From Candidatus Woesebacteria bacterium (lineage in GTDB: Bacteria > Patescibacteriota > Microgenomatia > UBA1400 > MFAQ01), in the NCBI GenBank assembly GCA_035389185.1, contig DAOORK010000001.1, forward strand, positions 129,006 to 193,005: a stretch of DNA of 64,000 nt, written 5' to 3'. This document shows positions 8,937-17,471 of the stretch, piece after piece (position 1 is the stretch's first letter; each line of letters opens with the position of its first letter). The position numbers were made by a program, and so were the translations under genes. Under the pieces are notes generated by a model, which searched no databases, was not told the origin of the DNA, and worked only from the letters and a program-made list of their open reading frames with translations.

Positions 8937-9908
8937 TCATGTTGCTTCTTGTTCGGCCCAGAATTCTAGTTCTTCTAGTTGATTTTCTTCAATAATGTTA
9001 CTTTCGATTTTTTTTACCAATAGATTTAGTTCATCATGACTAAATGAAGATTTTCTAATTTTGATTTTTTCTTCTTTAAACATTTTTTCAAAATGCTCGA
9101 TCTCGTAATCGTTTAAAGCACCATCCCCTTGTGTTTTGAAGCAACCTCGAGGATTTTGCTGATCTATGTTCATGTTTTGGGTAACTATCAGATATTGGCC
9201 AAATTTTTCCGGAGTGTTTACTTCAATGGTCATTTTATCTTGGCCTCGGCCAAAGTGTTTGAGACCATGTTGATCACAGTCATCTTTCATGTTTATATAA
9301 TCGGCAAGTCGATTGATATTTTGGTGAAAATGGGAAAACTGAGAAAGACAACGTTTGTCTAATTGTTTGCTTGATTTGGCTTCACCTACGCCGACCACTC
9401 TAAGTATTTTGCCATCTTTGTCAGTCTCTACAAATGAAATATCTGGGTTTCTGAGATGAGAAACTTCGTGATAGTCGAATCTGTCTGGATTATGAAATAG
9501 GATGGTTAATTGTTCGTCAAGTTCGGCTTCAACTTTGCCGTTTTCAACATCAGTAAAACGCTGCAGATTGTGATTGGCTTCGGTGCCATTGGTCGCTAAA
9601 TTGTAAAGATTATTTTCGATTTTCACTAGTTCCTCAAACAATGTACCCTGAATCACGAATCGATCTTCTACTTGAGAGTCCGGATACTCGACTCTATTTG
9701 CCTTAAGTTCTGCTCTCAAGATACGCGACATTTTTTTGATGTCAGGCAACTCTTTAAATATATTTTCCTGTCTTTCTCTAACACGGGCGTCTATATTCCT
9801 TACTGGTTCAATGATATCCAGGTATTGTTTGGCTCGCTTATCTTTAGCCTTTTCAATTTTTTGTTGCTGTTCTTTTGACGGCGTTGGTTGATCTTGATGC
9901 TCTTCCAT
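8937..9908 (-). CDS. Hypothetical protein with PD-(D/E)xK nuclease-like motif
   Basis: GTLFEE...NPDISF...VGEAK pattern. Confidence 0.55.
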   Translation of the reverse strand: MEEHQDQPTPSKEQQQKIEKAKDKRAKQYLDIIEPVRNIDARVRERQENIFKELPDIKKMSRILRAELKANRVEYPDSQVEDRFVIQGTLFEELVKIENNLYNLATNGTEANHNLQRFTDVENGKVEAELDEQLTILFHNPDRFDYHEVSHLRNPDISFVETDKDGKILRVVGVGEAKSSKQLDKRCLSQFSHFHQNINRLADYINMKDDCDQHGLKHFGRGQDKMTIEVNTPEKFGQYLIVTQNMNIDQQNPRGCFKTQGDGALNDYEIEHFEKMFKEEKIKIRKSSFSHDELNLLVKKIESNIIEENQLEELEFWAEQEAT

Positions 9909-9987
9909 GAGTTCACTATACAGAGGTAAAAAATGAAGAGCAATAGTTTTATGCTAGAATCGCTCAACGCACTTTTAAAGGAGGAAT

Positions 9988-10392
9988 ATGCAGCCATATT
10001 ATCTAATCGGCGTGGTAGCGTTGGTAATAATCTTGATCGCGAAGATTATTGGAGATATGCAACTACGATGGTTTATCAACGAGCATTGGCCCAAATGGTT
10101 ATCAAAGAAGACCAAGATTGAACTTTGGGAGCTTTACAATAACGATGGTGATATTGAAAATTGTAGAGTTCGAAATAAAACGATGTATTTGATAGACTAT
10201 GGAGATTTTTTTCTTGAAGGTTATCGGATACCGAGGGATTGTGGAGTGAGTAACCCTGTTGTTATCGTTGACGATTTTGATTTGCCTTTTGGATCCGAAA
10301 AGGTTATGTCAAAGAATACATTTGAGCTTAGATACAAAGCTTACAAATCGTTTAATTCCTTACGCGAGTATATAAAATACGTACGTAGTTAA
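9988..10392 (+). CDS. Hypothetical membrane-anchored protein
   Basis: N-terminal hydrophobic helix, AAGGAGG SD, terminator at 10396-10421. Confidence 0.65.
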   Translation: MQPYYLIGVVALVIILIAKIIGDMQLRWFINEHWPKWLSKKTKIELWELYNNDGDIENCRVRNKTMYLIDYGDFFLEGYRIPRDCGVSNPVVIVDDFDLPFGSEKVMSKNTFELRYKAYKSFNSLREYIKYVRS

Positions 10393-10500
10393 AACAAATC
10401 CCCTCATGAAGGGGATTTTTTGTACTCGAGTCCAAGAATTATTGTGTACCTAGAAATAAAATAACCACCTTTTGAGAGGTGGTTATATGTTCTTAGTTCG

Positions 10501-11040
10501 TTACTCGATGCCGAACAATCTCTTCGTATTCTCGAACATTTCAATGTCCGTGAAGAAAAAGAAGCCGTTGTTCAGCTCCAACCAACCGACATTGTCTTGG
10601 TGATTTCTTCTTGGGTTACCTTCAGGATTCATGTGATCTTTAAGACCACAGTATGAGTTTAGGCGAAGGTTTTTTTCGTCTTCAAGCAGAGTATCGAGAA
10701 TGGCTTTTACGCCTTTTTCATAGCTCTTTGGGCAGATGTAGTACACACCGCGATGAATTCCTGAGATGACGAGAGGCAGCATGGACATGCGATTCAAGGC
10801 TTGGTCGTGTATGAAGTTCAATGCCGCGGGAACAGCACCAAATTCAAATTCAGCTGACCCCATGTAATCAAACGAGAAGATGTCTTTTAGAAGAGCCATT
10901 GTCTCATCGTTGAGACCGCCGTTTTTCAGACCACACCCGAAAGAGAATGGATTGTTACGTTCAACAGGCTTGCTGAGGCGCTGGATCAAATAGGTACGAA
11001 CCATTCTTTCTTTCAATTCGAGCTTATCACCAAACATGAG
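10501..11040 (-). CDS. Hypothetical protein
   Basis: ORF with FDYMGSAEFEFG motif; start placed at ATG 11037-11039 region behind GGAGG rather than the TTG at 11052. Confidence 0.6.
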   Translation of the reverse strand, partial: LMFGDKLELKERMVRTYLIQRLSKPVERNNPFSFGCGLKNGGLNDETMALLKDIFSFDYMGSAEFEFGAVPAALNFIHDQALNRMSMLPLVISGIHRGVYYICPKSYEKGVKAILDTLLEDEKNLRLNSYCGLKDHMNPEGNPRRNHQDNVGWLELNNGFFFFTDIEMFENTKRLFGIE

Positions 11041-11128
11041 TTTATCCTCCAAAAAATGGATTGATTGAATAGGTCAAAGTACGTATATATATTACTACAA
11101 GATACCACTTTTGTCAAGTTATAGGGTA

Positions 11129-11240
11129 TTTTGTTGCCGAGCTAGGACTCTGTCACCGGTTGTCGCCTAAGGCGACCCCGTCGACCCCGGCGTTTACCGC
11201 ACGTTACGTGCTGCATTCCGCCATTCTCGTCCTAGTATAG
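11129..11240 (-). repeat. tRNA-Gln T-arm/3' duplicate with structured element in the T-loop
   Basis: 11129-11150 is identical to 11277-11298; insert 11151-11228 closed by CTAGGAC/GTCCTAG. Confidence 0.82.
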
Positions 11241-11281
11241 TATCAAAAAATATTCTCCCATAAAGGGAGAATATTGTTTTG

Positions 11282-11353
11282 TTGCCGAGCTAGGACTCGA
11301 ACCTAGGATATCCTCCTCCAAAGGGAGGCGTCCTACCACTAGACGACTCGGCA
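11282..11353 (-). tRNA. tRNA-Gln(TTG)
   Basis: TGCCGAG/CTCGGCA acceptor, CCTCC-CT-TTG-GA-GGAGG anticodon arm, GGTTCGAGTCC. Confidence 0.93.
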
Positions 11354-11381
11354 ATGCAAGCTATATTTTACCACCTGGAGG

Positions 11382-12230
11382 TTATTTCATTCTTGCCTGA
11401 TCTCTGGCTAGAGCAAAAATCATGGTATTCAGGTCTGAGTTTATTGTAGGAATAACTTGATCTAGATAGCGATCTTTTTGGAGATAGATTTCGATAGCCT
11501 CTTTTATCCCTGGTCGAAATTTTTTAAAATCAAAATCGTTGATATTTGTGAGCTTGAGATTTTTTAGCTTGTAGCTTGAAAATTGAGGATATTTTTGAGG
11601 TAGTTCAAGATGATATACCGAAACCTTAATATCTGTGAGATTGATGTTTACGAAGGGAAGAATGTGTTCCGGAATGATGCCCCAGGGAAACTTTTGGGAA
11701 ACAATTGATTTTGAAAAAACCTCGCTTTGGAGAATTCGGGCAAGAGAGTCGCGAATTGGTTCACCCACCTTTGTGTGCCCCATGGGAAGAGTGAGGTCTC
11801 CCCTTTTCCCCATTATGGAGCTTGAACCTAGGCTTTGATCACTACCGACAAGTATTGATTGAGGATCGTTTGGGGGTGTAATGATAAGAATAGCTCCTTG
11901 ACGTCTGGTTAGTCCCAGGCGAGTGAAATGAAGAATTCGATGGAGTGTATTTGTAGATACTTGTAGAGAGTGCGGTGCGTGTTGATGATAAAGTTTCTCG
12001 AGGGGAATTTTGTAGTTGGCCAGAAGGCTTATGAGATAAAGAGACTCGGAAAATTTGGAGTTTGGCCCAGCCGATTTTATGACATGGTATTTATTTAATA
12101 GCCGATCAAATCCGGAAAGCGATATTGGAAGACAGTAATGATGTTTTTGAAAAACTTTGTTGATTGATCCGAAACGGAGATACTCTTTGATAAGAAATTT
12201 TTCAAATGTAGTTTCTTTTGAGGTTGCCAT
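11382..12230 (-). CDS. Hypothetical protein with degenerate Nudix-fold C-terminal domain
   Basis: GAILII...ILVG...LTLPMGHTKVGEPIRDSLARILQSEV resembles a Nudix box lacking REUxEE. Confidence 0.55.
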   Translation of the reverse strand: MATSKETTFEKFLIKEYLRFGSINKVFQKHHYCLPISLSGFDRLLNKYHVIKSAGPNSKFSESLYLISLLANYKIPLEKLYHQHAPHSLQVSTNTLHRILHFTRLGLTRRQGAILIITPPNDPQSILVGSDQSLGSSSIMGKRGDLTLPMGHTKVGEPIRDSLARILQSEVFSKSIVSQKFPWGIIPEHILPFVNINLTDIKVSVYHLELPQKYPQFSSYKLKNLKLTNINDFDFKKFRPGIKEAIEIYLQKDRYLDQVIPTINSDLNTMIFALARDQARMK

Positions 12231-12330
12231 AATTGCGTAGGTATATTATAGATGATGAGATTAAGAGCTAGCTCGTTATCTATACTTCTATTCAAAAAAA
12301 ATCACCGCAAGGGTGATTATTTTTGAAGTG

Positions 12331-12404
12331 AGCGGGAAACGAGACTCGAACTCGCGACCTTCTCCTTGGCAAGGAGACGCTCTAGCCAACTGAGCTATTC
12401 CCGC
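12331..12404 (-). tRNA. tRNA-Gly(GCC)
   Basis: GCGGGAA/TTCCCGC acceptor, TCTCC-TT-GCC-AA-GGAGA anticodon arm. Confidence 0.95.
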
Positions 12405-12438
12405 AATGTTTGTATTTTAGCTTTAAGACGATTATTTT

Positions 12439-12879
12439 TCAACCTATTGTCTTATGATTTCTATTGTATGTTCTAATTCGGTGACAGTTTGCACATACTA
12501 GATCACATTTTTGTATTTCCTTCAGCAGTTTATTTTTGGTGAAATATGCCTGACTAACTAATGATCCCACATTACCATATTTTTGACTTCCGTCACGATG
12601 ATCAAAATCCATTACACAAGGAGGAAAACTTTTGCCACAGTCTGCACATGGATGATTTTTTAGAGAGTTTACGTATTCTCTTTGATTCCTCCTTCGAATC
12701 CGATTTCTAGTTATTGATAACTGAAGTTGTCTGTCGTGATTTACCTGATAGTATGCTTTTCCCCTAGTTCTCATACAATCCTTACAGTGATTGTATTGTT
12801 CACCAGCTCTACTGCCTTTATGTCGAGTGTAAAATTCCGAATTACTCTTATCTTTGTGACATTTTGAGCACAATTTCAC
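12439..12879 (-). CDS. HNH endonuclease with N-terminal CxxC zinc fingers
   Basis: CSKC, CKDC, CADC, MDFDHRD and CDLVCANCHRIRT motifs. Confidence 0.88.
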   Translation of the reverse strand: MKLCSKCHKDKSNSEFYTRHKGSRAGEQYNHCKDCMRTRGKAYYQVNHDRQLQLSITRNRIRRRNQREYVNSLKNHPCADCGKSFPPCVMDFDHRDGSQKYGNVGSLVSQAYFTKNKLLKEIQKCDLVCANCHRIRTYNRNHKTIG

Positions 12880-12924
12880 TATTCATCTTACAATTTTGTC
12901 TGAAAAACATCAATATTGTTTTTG

Positions 12925-12997
12925 TGCCGAGGGTCAGAGTTGAACTGACATCTGAAGTTTTTCAGACTCCCGCCGTGACCACCTTGGCTACCTCGGC
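12925..12997 (-). tRNA. tRNA-Phe(GAA)
   Basis: GCCGAGG/CCTCGGC acceptor, GGAGT-CT-GAA-AA-ACTTC anticodon arm. Confidence 0.9.
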
Positions 12998-13027
12998 AAC
13001 AGCCTTGATTATATCAAAAAGCCACTC

Positions 13028-13270
13028 TTATGTGGAGTGGCTAATCCTTTTTTGACGTAGGTAGAGTCGAACTGTCATTTCGCACTGACGAATTCCCTGT
13101 TGTTTCTTTCTCATTTTCAGACATAGATATAGTAGGTATTTTTTGTCTTTGATTTCATCTAGCTCATGAACTATACGCAACCCGATAGATTCTTGTTCTT
13201 TTTTAAGAATATCTAACTGGCGACTAGCATTTTCGTACTCGATTTTTGAAATAAGGTGTTTTGTTACCAC
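13028..13270 (-). CDS. Hypothetical protein
   Basis: 80-aa basic helical ORF with purine-rich upstream SD-like sequence. Confidence 0.45.
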   Translation of the reverse strand: MVTKHLISKIEYENASRQLDILKKEQESIGLRIVHELDEIKDKKYLLYLCLKMRKKQQGIRQCEMTVRLYLRQKRISHST

Positions 13271-13298
13271 GCTACACCTTTCCTCTCCTGTTTGGGAA

Positions 13299-13559
13299 TT
13301 AATGAAAGTGACCGAAGCGTTTGTAGTAGTTGATCATTTTGTTTAGTTCGCGAAGACCATGTGAACCTTTGCGATTGTGACTGATTTGTTTTTGAATTGA
13401 TCGCAAATGTCCGAGGTTTATTGCATTTTCGTCACTTGATAAGACGTGTTGTTTGCGCTCATTTATCAATATTGCAAATTGTAGTTTGAGGTTGTGTTGT
13501 TTGCGCTCAAGAATAAAGAGAGCATCACAGGTCTGAATATACGTTAAATCTAGTTTCAA
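13299..13559 (-). CDS. Hypothetical protein
   Basis: 86-aa ORF with AAGGAG SD and TAAAAT -10 upstream. Confidence 0.5.
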   Translation of the reverse strand: MKLDLTYIQTCDALFILERKQHNLKLQFAILINERKQHVLSSDENAINLGHLRSIQKQISHNRKGSHGLRELNKMINYYKRFGHFH

Positions 13560-13629
13560 AGTTCAACTCCTTTCTTGGGTTGCGAGTATTTTACCATCTA
13601 AGGTAGTTATATGAGAAAATATACCTGTT

Positions 13630-13710
13630 GGGCAGGTGGCGAAATGGTAGACGCGCAGCGTTCAGGACGCTGTGAGGCAACTCATGAGGGTTCGAGTCCC
13701 TCCCCGCCCA
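13630..13710 (+). tRNA. tRNA-Leu(CAG)
   Basis: CAGCG-TT-CAG-GA-CGCTG anticodon arm, long variable arm; acceptor GGGCAGG/CCCGCCC has one A-C mismatch. Confidence 0.9.
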
Positions 13711-13764
13711 CATAAAAACATCAATATGTACTCTTGCAGTAAATATTGTGTTTTTGATTTTGTG

Positions 13765-13860
13765 GAGGACTCGAATGGCGCAGGCATGACTGATGCCGAG
13801 CCGGGGTCGACAGAATCGCCAGCAGGCGAGAACTGGTGACCGAGTCCCTCCCCGCCCACA
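13765..13860 (+). repeat. tRNA-Leu(CAG) T-arm/3' duplicate with structured element in the T-loop
   Basis: 13841-13860 is identical to 13693-13712; insert closed by GGACTCG/CGAGTCC; shares motifs with the tRNA-Gln element. Confidence 0.82.
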
Positions 13861-13899
13861 CGTGATTCGTGCGGTATAATATAGTCTGTTCGTTAAATT

Positions 13900-13983
13900 G
13901 CCGAGATGGCGAAATGGTAGACGCACTACCTTGAGGTGGTAGCGCCCTTTAAAGGCATGGAGGTTCAAGTCCTCTTCTCGGCA
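13900..13983 (+). tRNA. tRNA-Leu(GAG)
   Basis: GCCGAGA/TCTCGGC acceptor, CTACC-TT-GAG-GT-GGTAG anticodon arm. Confidence 0.93.
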
Positions 13984-14028
13984 CAAAAAACTGAATACCG
14001 GTCGTACCGGTTTTTTGTTATTTGAAAG

Positions 14029-14102
14029 TGGCCGCTGAGGGATTCGAACCCCCGACTTCCTCGATGTAAACGAGGCGCTCTAACCAACTGAGCTAAGCGG
14101 CC
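14029..14102 (-). tRNA. tRNA-Val(TAC)
   Basis: GGCCGCT/AGCGGCC acceptor, CCTCG-TT-TAC-AT-CGAGG anticodon arm. Confidence 0.94.
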
Positions 14103-14132
14103 ATGTTAGGTTATGCTTGATATTTTACCAAA

Positions 14133-15461
14133 TTATCGACCAAGAGAATCAAGGTCAGATTGACTACGGCCAATATCCATAACGGTTGGGTAATACAAAA
14201 CAAGTGCAGGCAGTTCTTCAGAAAAGGTTTTTTGGAAATCAATGTAGATTCTTTTTCTTTCTTTGTTGTCAACAGTCGTTCTTCCATCTTCGAGGAGTTT
14301 ATCTATTTTTTCATCAGCACCTCGACCAATATTGGTGGCTTGGGTCGAGTGCCAATCTCGATACTGATCCGGGTCGGATGAGATGCTGTAGGTTGTCAGG
14401 AAGAGTTGGAACTGATCGGGAGTAGAGGTAACAACTTTGGTATTTATTTTTAGGATATCTGAATCCAGATCGGTCTTTATTTTCTCGGCAATTGGCAGTA
14501 GTTCCGGAGTAGTTGCAAGTTCGAGAGTAAGTGGAGAGGTAATGAGCTCTTTGGTCCTTTCGATATTGTAAGCATAGGTTTTGACAATCGGACTGTAGGC
14601 CCAAGAATTGGGATTAATGGTGGTTAGAGCTTCAGTATAGCCAAAGGAGTCATCTTTTAGAGCGTATGCAATCCCCTGTCGGACACTTTTTTCTTTTAGA
14701 TTTGGATCAGTTTGATTGAAAGTTAAAAGAACAACTCGATTGTTGTCGGTGTATTTTTTGGTTTTGGCGTATGAAGCTAGTTCGGTTTCATAATCAGAAG
14801 GAAGTTCTAGAACAGTGTCCAGTTGACCCAGTTTGAAGGCGGTGATGGCTTGTTTGGCTGTCGAGTAAACGTTAAAAATGATTTTTTTGGTTGAGGATTC
14901 TAGAATAATTTGGGTGATAAGGCCAGAACTTTTTTGTTTGAGTCTGATGTCGTAGTCTCCAACTATGTCTCCATTTTGGTTAAGTAGAGGAATATTTAAC
15001 AAAGAGAGAAAAGGAGCATATTTGGTTGGAATATGGAACTTAATGACATTTGGATCTTGTGTTTCGACGGTAATGTTGGGAATTGAGAAGCGAATATCGG
15101 AGGCTTTTACAGCAGACCCATCGGACCACTGGAGATTGGATTTGAGATAAAAAACGTAAGTGGTATTGTCATCGAGGATTTCCCATTTTTCTGCCAAGCC
15201 AGCTACCGGTTCTAGTTTGTCATTGATGGAAATTAAGCCTGAGTTAAGATAGTCTACTACTGAGGCAGGTAGTTGTCCGGAAGAGTACTGACCAACGATA
15301 CCAACTTTGATTTCTTTTTTGGAATGAGGAACTCGACTGGAAACAATATTGAGAAGAAGGGCAAGAATAATAGTCAGAGTGAGACTGGAGATGATTTGTT
15401 TGGAATATTTTTGAACAAATCCTTTTATAAACCAAATTCTTTCTCTTAGAGCTTTGATCAT
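14133..15461 (-). CDS. ABC transporter substrate-binding protein family 5 (peptide/nickel)
   Basis: GLAEKWE, YVFYLK..LQWSDG..VKASD, VRQGIAYA, ERKRIYIDFQK..EELPAL; N-terminal TM. Confidence 0.85.
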   Translation of the reverse strand: MIKALRERIWFIKGFVQKYSKQIISSLTLTIILALLLNIVSSRVPHSKKEIKVGIVGQYSSGQLPASVVDYLNSGLISINDKLEPVAGLAEKWEILDDNTTYVFYLKSNLQWSDGSAVKASDIRFSIPNITVETQDPNVIKFHIPTKYAPFLSLLNIPLLNQNGDIVGDYDIRLKQKSSGLITQIILESSTKKIIFNVYSTAKQAITAFKLGQLDTVLELPSDYETELASYAKTKKYTDNNRVVLLTFNQTDPNLKEKSVRQGIAYALKDDSFGYTEALTTINPNSWAYSPIVKTYAYNIERTKELITSPLTLELATTPELLPIAEKIKTDLDSDILKINTKVVTSTPDQFQLFLTTYSISSDPDQYRDWHSTQATNIGRGADEKIDKLLEDGRTTVDNKERKRIYIDFQKTFSEELPALVLYYPTVMDIGRSQSDLDSLGR

Positions 15462-15679
15462 TTCCAGAAAGCAATATTTAGAAAGGAAAATAGGACAAAA
15501 ACGACAGCAACAACGATGGTTAAAATATAAATCATCTTTTCCGGACCTCGCTTTGTATGGATACCGCTCTTTGTCGCTGATGAGAAGCTGGACCCTAGAG
15601 AGGACTCATTTGATTGGAGAGCGACCAGAATTATCATGATAAGCGAAAGGATGATTTGAATAACGAGTGTAAGTTTCAT
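15458..15679 (-). CDS. secG: Preprotein translocase subunit SecG
   Basis: Two TM helices, VALQS..SLGSSF..HTKRGPEK. Confidence 0.9.
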   Translation of the reverse strand: MKLTLVIQIILSLIMIILVALQSNESSLGSSFSSATKSGIHTKRGPEKMIYILTIVVAVVFVLFSFLNIAFWK

Positions 15680-15704
15680 GTTATTGATTATAGCGCCAAG
15701 ATGG

Positions 15705-16118
15705 TTAATCGGAGTCTTTTTTTATCAGCCAGACGATACTGTTGTGGAAAATATTTAAAAGACTTGAGGTAACGACGTAAGACCAAAATAAAGAGAGATG
15801 GAACGATGGAATGGTAAACCCCTGATAACTAATTCCCGGGAACCAGTAAGGAGAGATAGTGATGCCGCTGACTAATACCGGTAGCAAAAATAAGGTGATT
15901 AAACTAACGGCCCAGGAAAATAAATTGAGGGTGATTAGATTAATCGGCAGTAAAAGCAGTTTAATTATCGGCTTGACTATTTTGTTGAGAATCATCCAGA
16001 TGATTGCTGCGGTGAGGAGAGTCTTTAGGTCGTGGTAAATAGAAAAACCTGAGTAACAAGCACTAACAACATAAAATACTAGAACATTAATGAGAGTGTT
16101 CCTAAGAAGCGTTTTCAC
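15705..16118 (-). CDS. YvlD/holin-family-4 membrane protein
   Basis: LNKIVKPIIKLLLLPINLITLNLFSW motif; four TM segments. Confidence 0.8.
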   Translation of the reverse strand: MKTLLRNTLINVLVFYVVSACYSGFSIYHDLKTLLTAAIIWMILNKIVKPIIKLLLLPINLITLNLFSWAVSLITLFLLPVLVSGITISPYWFPGISYQGFTIPSFHLSLFWSYVVTSSLLNIFHNSIVWLIKKDSD

Positions 16119-16121
16119 AAT

Positions 16122-17471
16122 TTAAGTATACCTGTTTATAAAACTTTTTTCTCTTTGTTTTTGATGAAAAGTTGTGGCAAAACGATGGGCTTCGTCTCTA
16201 ATATTTCGGAATAAGTTTAAGACAGGATCTTCTAGGTTGAGACTAATAGAAGTGACGTGATTTTCTTGGTCGTAGAAGTAAATGGTTTCTCTTTTTTTGG
16301 CTAAGGTGATGACCGGTATATGATCGGGAATTACTGAAGAAACAATGGAAAGCTGGGGTATTCCCCCATCAAGAACGATCAGGTCCGGTGTGCCCCATTC
16401 GGGATGAGTGAACCTTCTGACGAGAATTTGCTTCATCGCATGGGGATCGGAACGATCTGTTTCTCCTCTGATGTTGAAATGTCGATATAAGGATGTCTCT
16501 GCTCGTCCATTGATAAATACAGCCATTGAACCAACATAATTATCGCCTTGGAGGTGGGCCAAATCGTAACACTCGATTCGATAAGGAGAACGAGTTAGTT
16601 TTGGATGATTGAGATTTTTTACTATTTGATATTGAAGTTCATCAGAAGCATCCGAGAGCTTTAATAAAAGACTTGAGTTTTGAGAAGTGAGAGCCTGCTG
16701 AAGACTTTCAATTTGTTTTTTATATATTTCTGCTTTTTCAAAATCTTGTATTTTTATAGCCCGATTAATTTTTTTATAAAGGGAACTGTTTAATTGATTA
16801 AAGTGGCCAGAAAGAAGTCTTTTTATTTGGCCTAAGTGTCTTTGATAGTTGCTATAAGAGATATTGGAGAGACAGGCTCCGGGACATTTGTCTAGGTGAT
16901 GGTTAAAACAAGCTCGATTTTGAGCGTTAAAGGGAGATAGGCAATAGCCAAAAATTCTTCTGGCTTGTTTAAGAATAGTTTCTGCTGCCGCTCCCGAAGT
17001 AAAAGGACCGAATACTTGTTTTTTGTAATCATCAAGATCTAGAGTTTGGATATCTGTGGCATGTATGATTTTAATTTTTGTATCCGGTGAGTTGGTAAAA
17101 ACGATATAGATATTTGATTTACCATCTTTGGTAATGGCATTGTATCGAGGTTTATATTGCTTGATGTAGTTAGCTTCAACGATAACTGCCTCTAAGTCGT
17201 TTCGGACAGTTCGGGTGTAGAGAAACCTGGTCTGGGGGATAAAGTTTGCGGCCTTGGTAGAGCCCTCTCTAAAGCCTTCGTAGTGTTGTTTTAATCGACT
17301 TTTGATATCGATGGATTTACCGATATAAAGAGGTTTTTTGTTTTCGTCTTCGAAGATGTATATTCCTGGCTGCGAGGGCAAATGTTCCCAAAATGATGCC
17401 AATTCCGGCAAAAATAGCTGCCTGTGGGATAGCAGGTTCAATGGAGATATCTTGTTCAAGTCTGAGGCCAT
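16122..17471 (-). CDS. uvrC: Excinuclease ABC subunit C (lacks C-terminal HhH)
   Basis: LPSQPGIY...YIGKS GIY-YIG domain, RIECYDLAH, PDLIVLDGG, IRDEAHRFA; in uvr cluster. Confidence 0.92.
   Translation of the reverse strand: MASDLNKISPLNLLSHRQLFLPELASFWEHLPSQPGIYIFEDENKKPLYIGKSIDIKSRLKQHYEGFREGSTKAANFIPQTRFLYTRTVRNDLEAVIVEANYIKQYKPRYNAITKDGKSNIYIVFTNSPDTKIKIIHATDIQTLDLDDYKKQVFGPFTSGAAAETILKQARRIFGYCLSPFNAQNRACFNHHLDKCPGACLSNISYSNYQRHLGQIKRLLSGHFNQLNSSLYKKINRAIKIQDFEKAEIYKKQIESLQQALTSQNSSLLLKLSDASDELQYQIVKNLNHPKLTRSPYRIECYDLAHLQGDNYVGSMAVFINGRAETSLYRHFNIRGETDRSDPHAMKQILVRRFTHPEWGTPDLIVLDGGIPQLSIVSSVIPDHIPVITLAKKRETIYFYDQENHVTSISLNLEDPVLNLFRNIRDEAHRFATTFHQKQREKSFINRYT

Noticed and set aside
15705-16118. 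Prophage holin
   Set aside because: YvlD-type membrane proteins occur in housekeeping context; neighbours are secG and uvrC with no endolysin
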